Assembly: GCA_963843755.1 (NCBI GenBank)
Contig: CAWJLS010000012.1
Location: forward strand, 101,631-165,630
From: an uncultured Acidobacteriota bacterium
GTDB taxonomy: Bacteria > Acidobacteriota > Thermoanaerobaculia > Multivoradales > DATKCC01
Reading direction: 5' to 3'
Length of the DNA stretch: 64,000 nucleotides
The number at the start of each line of letters is the position of its first letter. Positions within the stretch are counted from its first letter, which is position 1. Positions 48,341 to 58,391 of this stretch are shown one piece after another. Made by a program: the position numbers and the translations under genes. Under the pieces are notes generated by a model, which saw nothing but the letters and a program-made list of their open reading frames with translations, ran no database searches and was not told the origin of the DNA.

Positions 48341-51300
48341 TCACGGTGCCGGCCGGTCGTCGAGGGCGCGCAGCAGCTCTTCGTACTGGAAGCTCTCCGC
48401 CAGTGCCCGGATCTGTTCCGCGGCCGGCCCGGAGTGCTCGGCGACCTGTCGGGCGATCCTGCCGATCGACCGGGGGCGCGCCTGGACCGCCGCCTCGCGC
48501 AACTGGGCGATCAGCTCCTCGGGCACGGCGGCCAGCGCGGTCGCGAGAGCGGGCACGCCGACGGCGCTCCCGGGCGCGTCCCGGACCGGCGTGACGTCGC
48601 GACCGTCGACGGACGCGCCGGCGGCCTCGGTGGTCGCGGAGGACCCACCGGCGACCAGCTCCCCGGCGGCCTCCCGGGCCTCGAACCGGAAGGTGAATAC
48701 GCTGCCTTCGCCGACCGTGCTGCGAACGGTGACGTCCCCGCTCATCAACCGGGCGAAGTTCCGGCTGATGGCAAGACCGAGCCCGGTTCCACCGCTACGC
48801 CGCCCGGTCTCCGACTGGTCGAACGGATCGAAGATCCGCTCGAACGCGTCGGCCGGGATGCCGCAGCCGGTGTCCTCGACCTCGACGGTCACCTCCAGCG
48901 ATCCCTCGGACCGCGGACCGGAGGCGGCGCGGACCCGGACCCGTCCGCGGTCGGTGAACTTGATCGCGTTGCTGAGCAGGTTGATCACCACCTGGCGCAC
49001 CTTGCCCCCGTCGGCCTCGACCGTCCGCACGAGGCCCGGGTCGATCGCCAGCACCAGCCACAGCCCCTTGTCGCGGGTCAGGCTACGGAACATCAGCACG
49101 ATCTCCCGGAGCAGCGCATGGAGGTCGAACGGCTCGACCACCAGCGTGGTGCGCCCGGCCTCCATCTTCGACATCTCGAGGACGTCGTTGATCAGCGCCA
49201 GCAGGTGGTTGCCGCTGCGCTGGACGATGTCGAGCTGACGCCGCTGCTCCGGCTCCAGCGAGGCGTCCCGTTGCAGCAACTGGGTGAAGCCGAGGATGGC
49301 GTTCATCGGCGTGCGGATCTCGTGGCTCATGTTGGCGAGGAACGCCTGGGCCTTCTTGCGCTGCTCGATCTCCTGCATGAGCACCCGGGTGCGCTCGCGG
49401 GCGCTGCGCAGGCGGACGCTGTAGGCGGAGACGATCCCGACCACCAGCAGCACCAGGGACAGGCCCGGGACCCAACGGTGCTCCCACACCCGCGGCCGGA
49501 CCTCGATCGCCAGGGTCGCCTCTTCGACAGAGGCCACGCCGCTGCCGCTCCGGCCACGCACCCGGAAGGTGTAGCTCCCCGGAGGCAGCTTGGTGTAGTA
49601 CGCCGTCCGCCGGTGCCCGGCGTCGACCCAGTGGCTGTCGTAGCCGCCCAGCCGGTACGAGAAGCGCAACCCTTTCGGGTTGGCGAAGCTCAGCCCGGTG
49701 TAGCGGATCTCGAGGTCGCGGTCGGTGCCGGGAAGCACCCGGAACGGGCCCTCTGCCGGCCGGACGAGGTGCTCTCCCCGGACGACCCCCTCGACCACCA
49801 CCCGGGGCGGCACGTCGTCGTCGCTCACCTGGCCCGGCACCACGCCCCGCGGTCCGAAGATGGTGGGAAACCACACCGTGCCGTCGGCGGCGATCGCGTA
49901 GGACGGCGAGAACCCACCGGCGCCCTCTCCGGTCTCGAAGAGCTTCCCGTCGATCCGGTCCGACCGCCCGGCCGCGAAGTCGCGAACCTGGCTCTCGGCG
50001 ACGCGAAAGGCTCCCCGGTTGCCGTGCATCCAGAGCGTCCCGTCGGGGTCCTCGAGGATGCTGGAGACGACGTTGTCGGGCAGGCCGTCGTCCTTCGTGA
50101 ACGTCGAGAACGCGCCGCGTGACAAGAGTCCCAGACCGCCGCCGTAGGTCCCGATCCACAGGGCGCGGTCGTCGAAGTAGAGGGCCCGGATCTGCCCACG
50201 CGGCAGGCCGTCGCTGGTGGTGAAGACCGTCAGCTTGCCATCCTCCAGCCGCAGGAGGGCGGAGTCGGTGCCGGCCCATACCGTCCCGGGCGGCCCCTCG
50301 GTGAGAGCCAGGACGGCCCCGGGAGGGTAGTCCTCGCCCGGAAGCCAACGACGAATCTCCCCGTCGACCCCGAGACACGCCAGGCCGTTCGCCCCCCCAG
50401 CCCAGACCTCCCCGGACGACGCCACCAGCACCGCCCGCGGCCGGTCGCCGTCGAAGAGCGGGAACCGGCGCACCGTCTTCCGATCGGGCGCGAGCGCCGC
50501 CAGGCCGTCCTGGACTCCGGCCCACAGGGTGTCGTCCGGCCCATAGGTCAGCACCGACGGGTCCTCGAGCGGAGCCGCGAACCGCACGGGGTGCGGCTTC
50601 CCCGGCGCGATCGACCACAGGCCGCCGCCGAAGACACTGACCAGCACCCCCCCCTTCCGGTCCGCGGCGAGGCCGGTGACCGGGCCCGCGGGAAGGCCCG
50701 CGGGCACAACGACGGGCGACCGGTGAAGCCGCACCAACCCGTCGACGTCGGTTCCGATCCACAGATCGTTCTCGACGTCCTCGAAGATCGCCCGGACACC
50801 GCCCGACGCCACGTGCAACGCGGCCGGATCGATCGAGCCCTGGTCCGTCGGCGCGGGCGCGCTCCAGAGGTCCCGGGTCGCGAGCCAGAGCCGGTCGTGG
50901 CGGTCGAAGTAGAGCGGCCGAAGAGGGCCTGGGCTCGGCAGGCACGTGACCTCGGCCGGGACCTGGCCGTCGATCCGGTAGAGGCAACCTTCCTCGCTCC
51001 CCAGCCAGATCGAGCCCCACCGGTCCTCACCGATCGACCAGGCGGGGTCGCCTTCCGGCATCCTCCCCACGAGGCGGATCTGTCCGTCGCCGGCCCGGAG
51101 ATCGCCCTCGACCAGGGCCCCGGTCGGCGACACCGCGATCAGCGATCCGCCGGCGGTCACGTGGACGGCGACGAAGCTCGTCCCCGGGGCCAGGCCGGCC
51201 ACGTCCACCGGCTTCGGCCCCCTGCCGCGATCGACGAACAGCCCGTCGTCGGCCGCGATCCAGAGGTCGTCGTCCGGCCCTTCCGCGAAGCCCCAGACCG

Positions 51301-51760
51301 CCTGTCCGATCGGGCTGTCGACGGACTCGAACACCCCGTCGCGGAAGCGGGCGAGCCCGGGCTGGCCGCCGATCCAGAGCGTTCCGTCGCGGCCTTCGAA
51401 CAGCGACAGAATCCGGTCGGTCGGCAGTCCGGGAGAGTTGGCGATGTTGAACACCTCGAACCGGATGCCGTCGAACCGCGACAGGCCACCGAACGTCCCG
51501 ATCCAGAGGAACCCGTCCCGTGTTTGGACGATGCTCGTGACCGAGACCTGCGGCAGCCCGTCGTCGGTGATCCAACGGCGGACCGAGAGGTCGGGGAGCC
51601 GCGGCGCGCCGCGCGCCGGGGCGCCCAGGGCCGGCAGGAGGGTCAACAGGAGGGCCACCGCCGGGAGAGACCGGGCACCGCACCGCACGGCCGCCGCCGC
51701 GCCGCCGGCAGAGCCCCGCCCGCCGCCCGCTCCCTCGGCGGCCAGCGGTCCACGCCTCAT
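48341..51760 (-). CDS. Sensor histidine kinase with large periplasmic two-component-regulator beta-propeller / Y_Y_Y sensor region
   Basis: Repeated LWIGT.GGL..FDG propeller blades are present. A TM segment follows. FLANMSHEIRTPMNAILGF is the H-box, with HATPase_c N/G boxes. Confidence 0.85.
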   Translation of the reverse strand: MRRGPLAAEGAGGGRGSAGGAAAAVRCGARSLPAVALLLTLLPALGAPARGAPRLPDLSVRRWITDDGLPQVSVTSIVQTRDGFLWIGTFGGLSRFDGIRFEVFNIANSPGLPTDRILSLFEGRDGTLWIGGQPGLARFRDGVFESVDSPIGQAVWGFAEGPDDDLWIAADDGLFVDRGRGPKPVDVAGLAPGTSFVAVHVTAGGSLIAVSPTGALVEGDLRAGDGQIRLVGRMPEGDPAWSIGEDRWGSIWLGSEEGCLYRIDGQVPAEVTCLPSPGPLRPLYFDRHDRLWLATRDLWSAPAPTDQGSIDPAALHVASGGVRAIFEDVENDLWIGTDVDGLVRLHRSPVVVPAGLPAGPVTGLAADRKGGVLVSVFGGGLWSIAPGKPHPVRFAAPLEDPSVLTYGPDDTLWAGVQDGLAALAPDRKTVRRFPLFDGDRPRAVLVASSGEVWAGGANGLACLGVDGEIRRWLPGEDYPPGAVLALTEGPPGTVWAGTDSALLRLEDGKLTVFTTSDGLPRGQIRALYFDDRALWIGTYGGGLGLLSRGAFSTFTKDDGLPDNVVSSILEDPDGTLWMHGNRGAFRVAESQVRDFAAGRSDRIDGKLFETGEGAGGFSPSYAIAADGTVWFPTIFGPRGVVPGQVSDDDVPPRVVVEGVVRGEHLVRPAEGPFRVLPGTDRDLEIRYTGLSFANPKGLRFSYRLGGYDSHWVDAGHRRTAYYTKLPPGSYTFRVRGRSGSGVASVEEATLAIEVRPRVWEHRWVPGLSLVLLVVGIVSAYSVRLRSARERTRVLMQEIEQRKKAQAFLANMSHEIRTPMNAILGFTQLLQRDASLEPEQRRQLDIVQRSGNHLLALINDVLEMSKMEAGRTTLVVEPFDLHALLREIVLMFRSLTRDKGLWLVLAIDPGLVRTVEADGGKVRQVVINLLSNAIKFTDRGRVRVRAASGPRSEGSLEVTVEVEDTGCGIPADAFERIFDPFDQSETGRRSGGTGLGLAISRNFARLMSGDVTVRSTVGEGSVFTFRFEAREAAGELVAGGSSATTEAAGASVDGRDVTPVRDAPGSAVGVPALATALAAVPEELIAQLREAAVQARPRSIGRIARQVAEHSGPAAEQIRALAESFQYEELLRALDDRPAP

Positions 51761-52890
51761 GACGGCAGCTCGAACCAGAACGTGCTCCCTCCGTTCTCTC
51801 CCGAGTCGACGCCGATCGTCCCGCCGTGCGCCTCGACGGCGAGCTTGCAGTAGGCCAGCCCCAGGCCGACGGAATGGTAGGTGTGTTCGGCACGGGCCCG
51901 CACCGTCCCGAAGACCTCGAAGATCTCCTCCCGGGCCTCGGCCGGGATGCCCGGTCCCTCGTCGCGGACCATCGCCCGGACCCGGCCGTTCCCCGAGGTC
52001 AGAACGATCTCCACCCGGCCCTCCCGCGGCGTGTGCCTGATGCCGTTGCCGACCAGGTTTTCGAACACCCGCTGCATGAGGGCGGCGTCACAGTCGACCT
52101 CGACCGGACCGCCCGCCTCGAGGTCGATCCGCCGCCCCGGCGTCACCCGGGTGAGGCTCTCGCGCACGCCGGACGCGATCTGCACCAGGTCGCACCGGGT
52201 CCGCTCGATCGGCATCTTGCGGTCCTCGAGCCGGCGGACGTCGAGCAGGTCCCGGACACGGAGGGTGATCTCCCGGGCGCTGTGCTGCACCGCGCGCAGC
52301 TCCTCCTTGACCTTCTCGCTCAACGGCCCCATGGCGCCGACCAGCAGCAGGTCGAGCGTTCCGGTCACCACCGCCAGCGGCGACCGGATGTCGTGAGCCA
52401 CCATGTGGACGAGGTTGTCCCGCATCTCCTCCAGGCCGCGCAGCCGCTCGTAGCTCTGTGCCAGCTCGGTGCGGGCGCGGCGCAGGGAGAGGTGGGTCTG
52501 CACCCGCGCCAGCACCTCTTCGACCTGGAACGGCTTGGTGATGTAGTCGACCCCGCCGGCCTCGAACCCGCGCACCTTGTCCGAGGAGCTCGAGAGGGCG
52601 CTCAGGAAGAGCACGGGGATGTCGCGCATCTCGTCGCGGCGCTTGAGGCGGCGGCAGACCTCGAAGCCGTCCATCTCGGGCATGTTGATGTCGAGCAGGA
52701 CGAGGTCGGCGGGCGCGTTCTCGACCGCCTGGAGTGCCTGGCGCCCGCTGGTGGCCGGGCGCGCCTCGTAGCCGTTCCTCTCCAGCATGTTGACGAGCAG
52801 ACGGAGGTTCTCGATCGTGTCGTCCACGATCAGAATGCTGGCGCGGTCGGCATCGCCGCGCTGCGCGGCGTCGCTACGTCGATGGGGCAT
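51757..52890 (-). CDS. Response-regulator receiver :: histidine kinase (REC-HisKA-HATPase_c) protein
   Basis: ILIVDDTIENLRLLVNMLERNGYEA...LVLLDINMPEMDGFEV is the REC domain. MVAHDIRSPLAVVTG is the H-box. GAGGAGG lies upstream of the ATG at 52890. The stop overlaps the upstream HK start by 4 nt. Confidence 0.8.
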   Translation of the reverse strand: MPHRRSDAAQRGDADRASILIVDDTIENLRLLVNMLERNGYEARPATSGRQALQAVENAPADLVLLDINMPEMDGFEVCRRLKRRDEMRDIPVLFLSALSSSSDKVRGFEAGGVDYITKPFQVEEVLARVQTHLSLRRARTELAQSYERLRGLEEMRDNLVHMVAHDIRSPLAVVTGTLDLLLVGAMGPLSEKVKEELRAVQHSAREITLRVRDLLDVRRLEDRKMPIERTRCDLVQIASGVRESLTRVTPGRRIDLEAGGPVEVDCDAALMQRVFENLVGNGIRHTPREGRVEIVLTSGNGRVRAMVRDEGPGIPAEAREEIFEVFGTVRARAEHTYHSVGLGLAYCKLAVEAHGGTIGVDSGENGGSTFWFELPS

Positions 52891-53095
52891 CAGCCTCCTC
52901 ACCTCGTCTGTCAAGAGCCCGAGTCCCCCAGGATATCGCCCATCGTCTATGGGCGGTTGATCAACCGCTCCCGACGCGCCCGCACCACGTCCACCGGGGG
53001 GCCGCGACCCGGGGTGGCGGGTGCCGGCGTATGATCGGCCGGTCGCCCCGAACCGGACCCCCTGCAACCGGCGACCCGAACCCGGAAAGGAGCCC

Positions 53096-54532
53096 ATGTC
53101 CGGCCGAACCGCCGCTCCGGAGACCGTTGCGCACCCTGACCCCGAGCCCGCCTCGCTCCCTCGGCGAGCGGGCCGCAAGGTCGGCCTGTTCGACGCCACC
53201 ATGCTGGTCATGGGCGGCATCGTCGGAGCCGGCATCTTCATCAACCCGTACGTCGTCGCGCGGGAGGTCTCGCGGCCGGGCTGGATCCTCGGCGCCTGGG
53301 CCCTCGGCGGGGCGATCGCCCTGCTGGGCGCGTTCGTCTACGCCGAGCTGGCGGCGCGCATGCCGGAGGCCGGCGGTCAGTACGCCTACCTGCGAGAGGC
53401 GTACCATCCGGGCCTCGCCTTCCTCTACGGCTGGGTGCTGCTGCTGGTGATCCAGACCGGCGGCATGGCCGCCGTGGCGGTCACCTTCGCCGCCTACTTC
53501 CTGGAGCTCACCGGCCTCGAGGTCTCGGCCGCCGCCCTGGCGGCGGTGGCGCTGGGCGGCCTGGCAGTGGTCAACTGCCTCGGAGTACGCGCCGGCACCA
53601 CCGTCCAGAGCGCCCTCATGGTGCTCAAGATCGTCGCGATCCTCGGGCTGGTGGCCGGCGGCGCCCTGTTCTCCGCCGGAGTCGTCGGTGGCGGCGGCGG
53701 CGCGGGCACGACCGCGGTGGCCGCCGCGGCGGCCGATGCCGCCCACGGGGCGTCCGGGGCGGCGGGCCTCGGTCTGCTCTTCGCCGTCGGCGCGGCCATG
53801 GTGCCGGTGCTGTTCGCCTACGGCGGCTGGCAGACCGTCAACTTCATCGCCGAGGAGGTGCGCGAGCCGCGCCGCAACCTGCCGCGTGCCCTGGTCCTCG
53901 GCGTTGCCGGCGTGGTGGTCCTCTACCTGGCGGTCAACTGGGTCTGCGTCGCCGTCCTCGGGCCGGCGGGGCTGGCCGCCTCGACCACCCCGGCCTCGGC
54001 GGTCATGGAGCGCGCCCTCGGGACGGCCGGCGGGCGCTGGATCGCCGTCGGCATCGCCATCTCCACCCTCGGCTTCCTGAGCCAGTCGATCCTCACCGCG
54101 CCGCGGGTCTACTACGCCATGGGCCGCGACGGGCTGTTCTTCCGTGCCGTCGGCCGGCTCGACCGGCGCCACGGCGTGCCGGTGGCGGCGATCCTGCTCC
54201 AGGCGGCGATGGCGATCGTGATCGCGCTCTCCGGCCGCTACGACCAGATCCTGTCCTACGTCGTCTCCATGGACTTCCTGTTCTTCGGCCTGACCGCCAC
54301 CTGCCTGTTCGTCTTCCGGCGCCGCGAGGCGTCTCTCCCGGCGGACGGAGCGGCCCGCGGTGCGCGGGTGCCGGGCCACCCGTGGACGACTCTGCTGTTC
54401 GTCGTCGCCTGCTGGCTGGTGGTCGGCGCCACCTTCGTCCGCTACCCGACGAACTCGTTGATCGGCCTCGGCATCCTGCTCGCCGGGGTGCCGGTCTACC
54501 TCGCCTGGCGGCGGACCGGGGGTGCGCGATGA
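53096..54532 (+). CDS. APC-superfamily amino acid permease
   Basis: VGLFDATMLVMGGIVGAGIFINPYVVA is a GXG-containing TM1 typical of APC transporters. About 12 TM segments are predicted. GGAAAGGAG lies upstream of the ATG at 53096. Confidence 0.85.
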   Translation: MSGRTAAPETVAHPDPEPASLPRRAGRKVGLFDATMLVMGGIVGAGIFINPYVVAREVSRPGWILGAWALGGAIALLGAFVYAELAARMPEAGGQYAYLREAYHPGLAFLYGWVLLLVIQTGGMAAVAVTFAAYFLELTGLEVSAAALAAVALGGLAVVNCLGVRAGTTVQSALMVLKIVAILGLVAGGALFSAGVVGGGGGAGTTAVAAAAADAAHGASGAAGLGLLFAVGAAMVPVLFAYGGWQTVNFIAEEVREPRRNLPRALVLGVAGVVVLYLAVNWVCVAVLGPAGLAASTTPASAVMERALGTAGGRWIAVGIAISTLGFLSQSILTAPRVYYAMGRDGLFFRAVGRLDRRHGVPVAAILLQAAMAIVIALSGRYDQILSYVVSMDFLFFGLTATCLFVFRRREASLPADGAARGARVPGHPWTTLLFVVACWLVVGATFVRYPTNSLIGLGILLAGVPVYLAWRRTGGAR

Positions 54533-55668
54533 CCGAGGTGGCGACAGCGCGGCGCGAGAGCCGATCGCCCTACATGGAATGGGCGAAGCTTCACGCCCAC
54601 GCCCGCTACGACCTGGCGGCGAGCGGCGTCGGCAGCCTGCCGCTCGCCGAGCTGCCGGTGCCGGCCGAGGAGGTGCTGGCGGCGCTCGAGATCACCGGCG
54701 CGCCCGGCTACGGCTACCCGCCGCTCATCGAGCGGCTGGCCGAGCGGGCCGGCGTGGGGACCGAACGGGTCGTCTGCGCCACCGGCACCTCCATGGCCAA
54801 CCACCTGGCGCTGGCCGCGGTGCTGGACCCGGGCGACGAGGTGCTGATCGAGCAGCCGAGCTACGAGCTGCTGGTCTCGGCCGCCCGCTACCTCGGCGCC
54901 GAGGTGCGGCGCTTCCCGCGGCGGTTCGAGGACGGCTGGGCGGTCGACCCGGACGCGGTCGCACGGGCGACCAGGCCGCGCACCCGGCTGATCGTGGTCA
55001 CCAACCTGCACAACCCGACCGGGGTGCGGACGCCGGACCGCGTGCTGGCGGAGCTGGCCGCCGTAGCCGCGCGCCACGGCGCCCGGCTGCTGGTCGACGA
55101 GGTCTACCTCGAGGCCTGCTTCGACGCGCCGGCACGCTCCGCCGTCCACCTGGGTGAGAACGTCCTCACCACCTCCAGCCTGACCAAGGTGTACGGGCTC
55201 TCCGGGGTGCGCTGCGGCTGGGTGGTGGCGCCGCCGGACCTGGCCGCGCGCATGCGCCACCTGGACGACCTCTACGGCGCCAGCGCCGCTCACCCGGCCG
55301 AGCGCCTGAGCGTCCTCGCCCTCGACCACCTCGCCCCGATCGCCGAGCGCGCCCGCCGCCGCCTCGCCGAGAACCAGGCCCTCGTCCACCGGTTCCTGGA
55401 CAGCCGGAGCGATCTCGAGGCGGTCCGGCCGGACCACGGCACGGTCCTCTTCCCCCGACTTGGCCCCGGGCTCCTCGACACCCCGGGGCGGGGCGGAGTC
55501 GAAGACCTGTGCCGCATCCTGCGGGAGCGCTACGAGACGAGCGTCGTCCCCGGCCGGTTCTTCGACGAGCCGCGGCACGTCCGCCTCGGCATCGGCGCCG
55601 AGACGGAGGTGGTGGACGAAGGGCTCCGGCGCCTCGGGCTGGCCCTCGACGACCTCACGTCAGGTTGA
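54529..55668 (+). CDS. PLP-dependent aminotransferase (class I/II fold)
   Basis: LIVVTNLHNPTGV...LVDEVYLE...SSLTKVYGLSGVRCGW is the PLP-lysine SxxK context. The start overlaps the permease stop (ATGA). Confidence 0.85.
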   Translation: MTEVATARRESRSPYMEWAKLHAHARYDLAASGVGSLPLAELPVPAEEVLAALEITGAPGYGYPPLIERLAERAGVGTERVVCATGTSMANHLALAAVLDPGDEVLIEQPSYELLVSAARYLGAEVRRFPRRFEDGWAVDPDAVARATRPRTRLIVVTNLHNPTGVRTPDRVLAELAAVAARHGARLLVDEVYLEACFDAPARSAVHLGENVLTTSSLTKVYGLSGVRCGWVVAPPDLAARMRHLDDLYGASAAHPAERLSVLALDHLAPIAERARRRLAENQALVHRFLDSRSDLEAVRPDHGTVLFPRLGPGLLDTPGRGGVEDLCRILRERYETSVVPGRFFDEPRHVRLGIGAETEVVDEGLRRLGLALDDLTSG

Positions 55669-55846
55669 GCTGCCAGGACACGCCGAAGCGGTCGCCGCAC
55701 CAGCCGAAGCGGCTGCTGAAACCGTAGCCGGCGATCGGCATGTAGACCTTGCCGCCCCCGGAGAGCGCCGCGAAGGCCGAGTAGAGCTCGAGGGCCGCGG
55801 ACGCGTCCCCGGTGAACATGAGGTGAGTCGAAGCGTGGCGTGCCAT
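55655..55846 (-). CDS. Small PhnB/VOC-like domain fragment (possible gene remnant)
   Basis: The 63-aa product ends ...KVYMPIAGYGFSSRFGWCGDRFGVSWQLNL, which resembles the C-terminal half of PhnB-like (3-demethylubiquinone methyltransferase-fold) proteins. No N-terminal half was found. Confidence 0.3.
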   Translation of the reverse strand: MARHASTHLMFTGDASAALELYSAFAALSGGGKVYMPIAGYGFSSRFGWCGDRFGVSWQLNLT

Positions 55847-55869
55847 GGGAGTCGCCCTTGGTCCGCGTC

Positions 55870-56250
55870 CTATCCGCGGCCGGACCGCCAGCGGCCCCGG
55901 GCAACGATCACCGTCAGCACGAGAACGACGAACGGGAACACCGCCTGGGCGACGCCCTGGGTCATGACCGTGACGACCACCGCGCCGACCATGATGATCG
56001 CCAGCCCCGCCGCCGCGAGCGCCGTCAGGCCTTCGCGGATCCTGAGCAGGCCCGGGAGCACCAGGCCCAGGCCGCCCGCCAGCTCGAGCGCACCGATCAC
56101 CTTGAGGAAGAGCGCCGGCAGCGGAGACACCGCCTGCAGACTGGCCATCGGCATCACCAGCTTCGTCACACCGGCGAACAGGAACAGGGCGGCCAGCAGC
56201 CCCTGGAGAACCCAGAGCGTCACGTGCGCCCGCTTGGTCGTGGATGCCAT
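55870..56250 (-). CDS. DoxX-family membrane protein
   Basis: VTLWVLQGLLAALFLFAGVTKL...LELAGGLGLVLPGLL is the DoxX four-TM pattern. GGAAGGAGAGG lies upstream of the ATG at 56250. Confidence 0.8.
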   Translation of the reverse strand: MASTTKRAHVTLWVLQGLLAALFLFAGVTKLVMPMASLQAVSPLPALFLKVIGALELAGGLGLVLPGLLRIREGLTALAAAGLAIIMVGAVVVTVMTQGVAQAVFPFVVLVLTVIVARGRWRSGRG

Positions 56251-56564
56251 CGTGTCCTCTCCTTCCGTCGCGGAGGCCGGTCCGGTCCGGTCTCCGACAC
56301 CTGGTCGAACGGGCCGCGCCGCAATCGACACGCCGTCAACAGGACCTCCTTCGACGCTCGTTCGAAGGCGAGGCGAGCGGCGCGACCGACCTGAAGGGGG
56401 ACCGGCCAGGCGCGGTGGAGCATATCGAGGAATGCTTCAGGCGCCGATCATGATCTCGGCCCGGGGCGGGGCCTCGACCGACCGGCTGGTGCGCGACGCC
56501 GGCACGGTGCCGCGCGCGCGGCGCGGGACGCCGCGGCGAATCGGGTAAGCTCGCCCCGCCTTCC

Positions 56565-58370
56565 ATGGACGGAGCGATCGGAGCGAGCGGGAGCGGCCAA
56601 CCCAGACGGCGCCACGCCCTGGCCTGGGCGGTCGCCGTCCTGATCCTGCTCGCCCACGGCTCCCTGGCGGTCTCCTCCCTGGTCGTCAAGTCGGTCACCA
56701 ACGACGAGATCTCCCACCTCCCGGCCGGCCTGGCCGCCGTCACCACCGGCGAGATCCGCCTCAACCCCCAGCATCCGCCGCTGGTCAAGCTGCTCGCCGG
56801 CCTGAGCGCCTCGACCCTCCACCCGGCGCTCCCCCTGGACGGGGCGGCCTACGCCTCGGCGAACCAGTGGGCGTTCGGCCGCCAGGTGCTCTTCGAGCTC
56901 GGCAACGACCACCGGGCGCTGCTGTTTCGCGGGCGCCTGCCGGTGGTCTTCCTCTCCCTGCTCGGCGCCCTGGCGGTCTTCCTCTGGAGCCGGGAACGGT
57001 TCGGTGCCGGCGGCGGCCTGCTGTCGCTCGCCCTGTTCGCCTTCTCGCCGACAGTGCTGGCCCACGGCCGGCTGGTGACCATGGACGCGGCGGTGGCCGC
57101 GGGGACGGTCTGGACACTCTTTCTCTGGTGGCGGCTGACCCGCCCGGGCGGCGGCACAGCGGTCGCGGACGGCGGCAAGGGCGGCCGGCGGGACCGGCTC
57201 CCGCGGGGCCGGGCCGTCGCCTGCGGCCTGGCCCTCGGGCTGACCCTGGGCGCCAAGTTCAGCGGGTTGATCCTGCTGCCGGCGATGGGATTGATCCAGT
57301 TGGTCCTGCTCGTGCGGTGGGCTCCGCCGGGGCGTGAGGTCGTCTCGGGGCAGCCCGGGTGGTGGCGCCCGACCTGGGCCCGGCTGCGCCATGTCGCCGC
57401 GCCCTGGCTCCGGGTCCTGCCGGTGGCGATCGCCGTCGTCGAGCTCCTCTACCTGCCGCCGGACGATCCGTTGCGCTACCTGCGGGATCTGGGCGGGATC
57501 TACTCGGCGAACGACCCGAACATGCCGTACTACCTGCACGGCCACTTTCAGAAGGGCGGCTTCCCCGGGTACTTCGCGGTGGCGCTGGCGGTCAAGACCT
57601 CCCTCGCCGGCCTGGCGGCGATGGCCGGAGGCCTGCTGACGGCCGGCGTCGCGGCCGCGCGGCGGCAGCCCCGCTGGCGCGACGACCTCTACCTCTGGCT
57701 GCCGGCCCTGGCCTGGTTCGCGGCCCACTCGGCGCTCGCCCTCGACCTCGGGGTCCGCTACCTGCTGCCGCTCTACCCCCTGCTCTTCGTCCTCGCCGGC
57801 GGCATCGTGCCGGCGATCGGCCGGATCGGTGGTGGAAGCGATCGTGGGGCTGGCCAACCGCCCCGGCCGCTGGCCGCCGCCCTGGCCTGGGTCGTGGCCC
57901 TGGGGCTGGCCCTCGCCCAGGCGACCACCGCCCTGGGCGCCCATCCGGACTATCTGCCGTTCTTCAACCGCCTGGCCGGCGGCACGCGCGGCGGCATCCA
58001 CTGGCTGGACGACTCGAACCTCGACTGGGGGCAGGATCTCGAACGCCTGCCCGCCTGGCTCCGGGCCCACGGCGTCGAGCGCCCGCGGCTGCTCTACTTC
58101 GGCGTCGGCAGCCCCGAGGCCTACGGGGTCGTCCGCGAGCCCATGAAGCCGTCCGACTGGTGGGAGTCGCCGCGCCCGGGCGACTACGTGATCTCCGCCG
58201 AGTACCTGGTGCGCGGCCTCTACCTGGCCGACAGCGAGGGAGCGGCGACCGACTGGCTGCGCCGCGACCGCCCGGTCGACGTCCTCGGCGGCACCCTCTA
58301 CCTCTACCGCGTCCCGCCGCCGGCGACCCCCGAGACCGACCGGGCGCCTCCGGAGCGCGGCGTGTCGTAG
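56565..58370 (+). CDS. GT39/GT83-like (PMT/ArnT family) integral-membrane glycosyltransferase
   Basis: The N-terminal membrane domain has a DE-containing first periplasmic loop (SVTNDEISHLPAG). It is followed by multiple TM segments and a large C-terminal periplasmic domain, typical of the ArnT/PMT superfamily. Confidence 0.7.
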   Translation: MDGAIGASGSGQPRRRHALAWAVAVLILLAHGSLAVSSLVVKSVTNDEISHLPAGLAAVTTGEIRLNPQHPPLVKLLAGLSASTLHPALPLDGAAYASANQWAFGRQVLFELGNDHRALLFRGRLPVVFLSLLGALAVFLWSRERFGAGGGLLSLALFAFSPTVLAHGRLVTMDAAVAAGTVWTLFLWWRLTRPGGGTAVADGGKGGRRDRLPRGRAVACGLALGLTLGAKFSGLILLPAMGLIQLVLLVRWAPPGREVVSGQPGWWRPTWARLRHVAAPWLRVLPVAIAVVELLYLPPDDPLRYLRDLGGIYSANDPNMPYYLHGHFQKGGFPGYFAVALAVKTSLAGLAAMAGGLLTAGVAAARRQPRWRDDLYLWLPALAWFAAHSALALDLGVRYLLPLYPLLFVLAGGIVPAIGRIGGGSDRGAGQPPRPLAAALAWVVALGLALAQATTALGAHPDYLPFFNRLAGGTRGGIHWLDDSNLDWGQDLERLPAWLRAHGVERPRLLYFGVGSPEAYGVVREPMKPSDWWESPRPGDYVISAEYLVRGLYLADSEGAATDWLRRDRPVDVLGGTLYLYRVPPPATPETDRAPPERGVS

Positions 58371-58391
58371 GATCTCCACGAGGCCGCCTCC

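Noticed and set aside
47201-51020. ORFs 47201..48049 (-), 48434..50122 (+), 49083..51020 (-)
   Set aside because: They are shadow ORFs over the AKR and propeller-HK genes.
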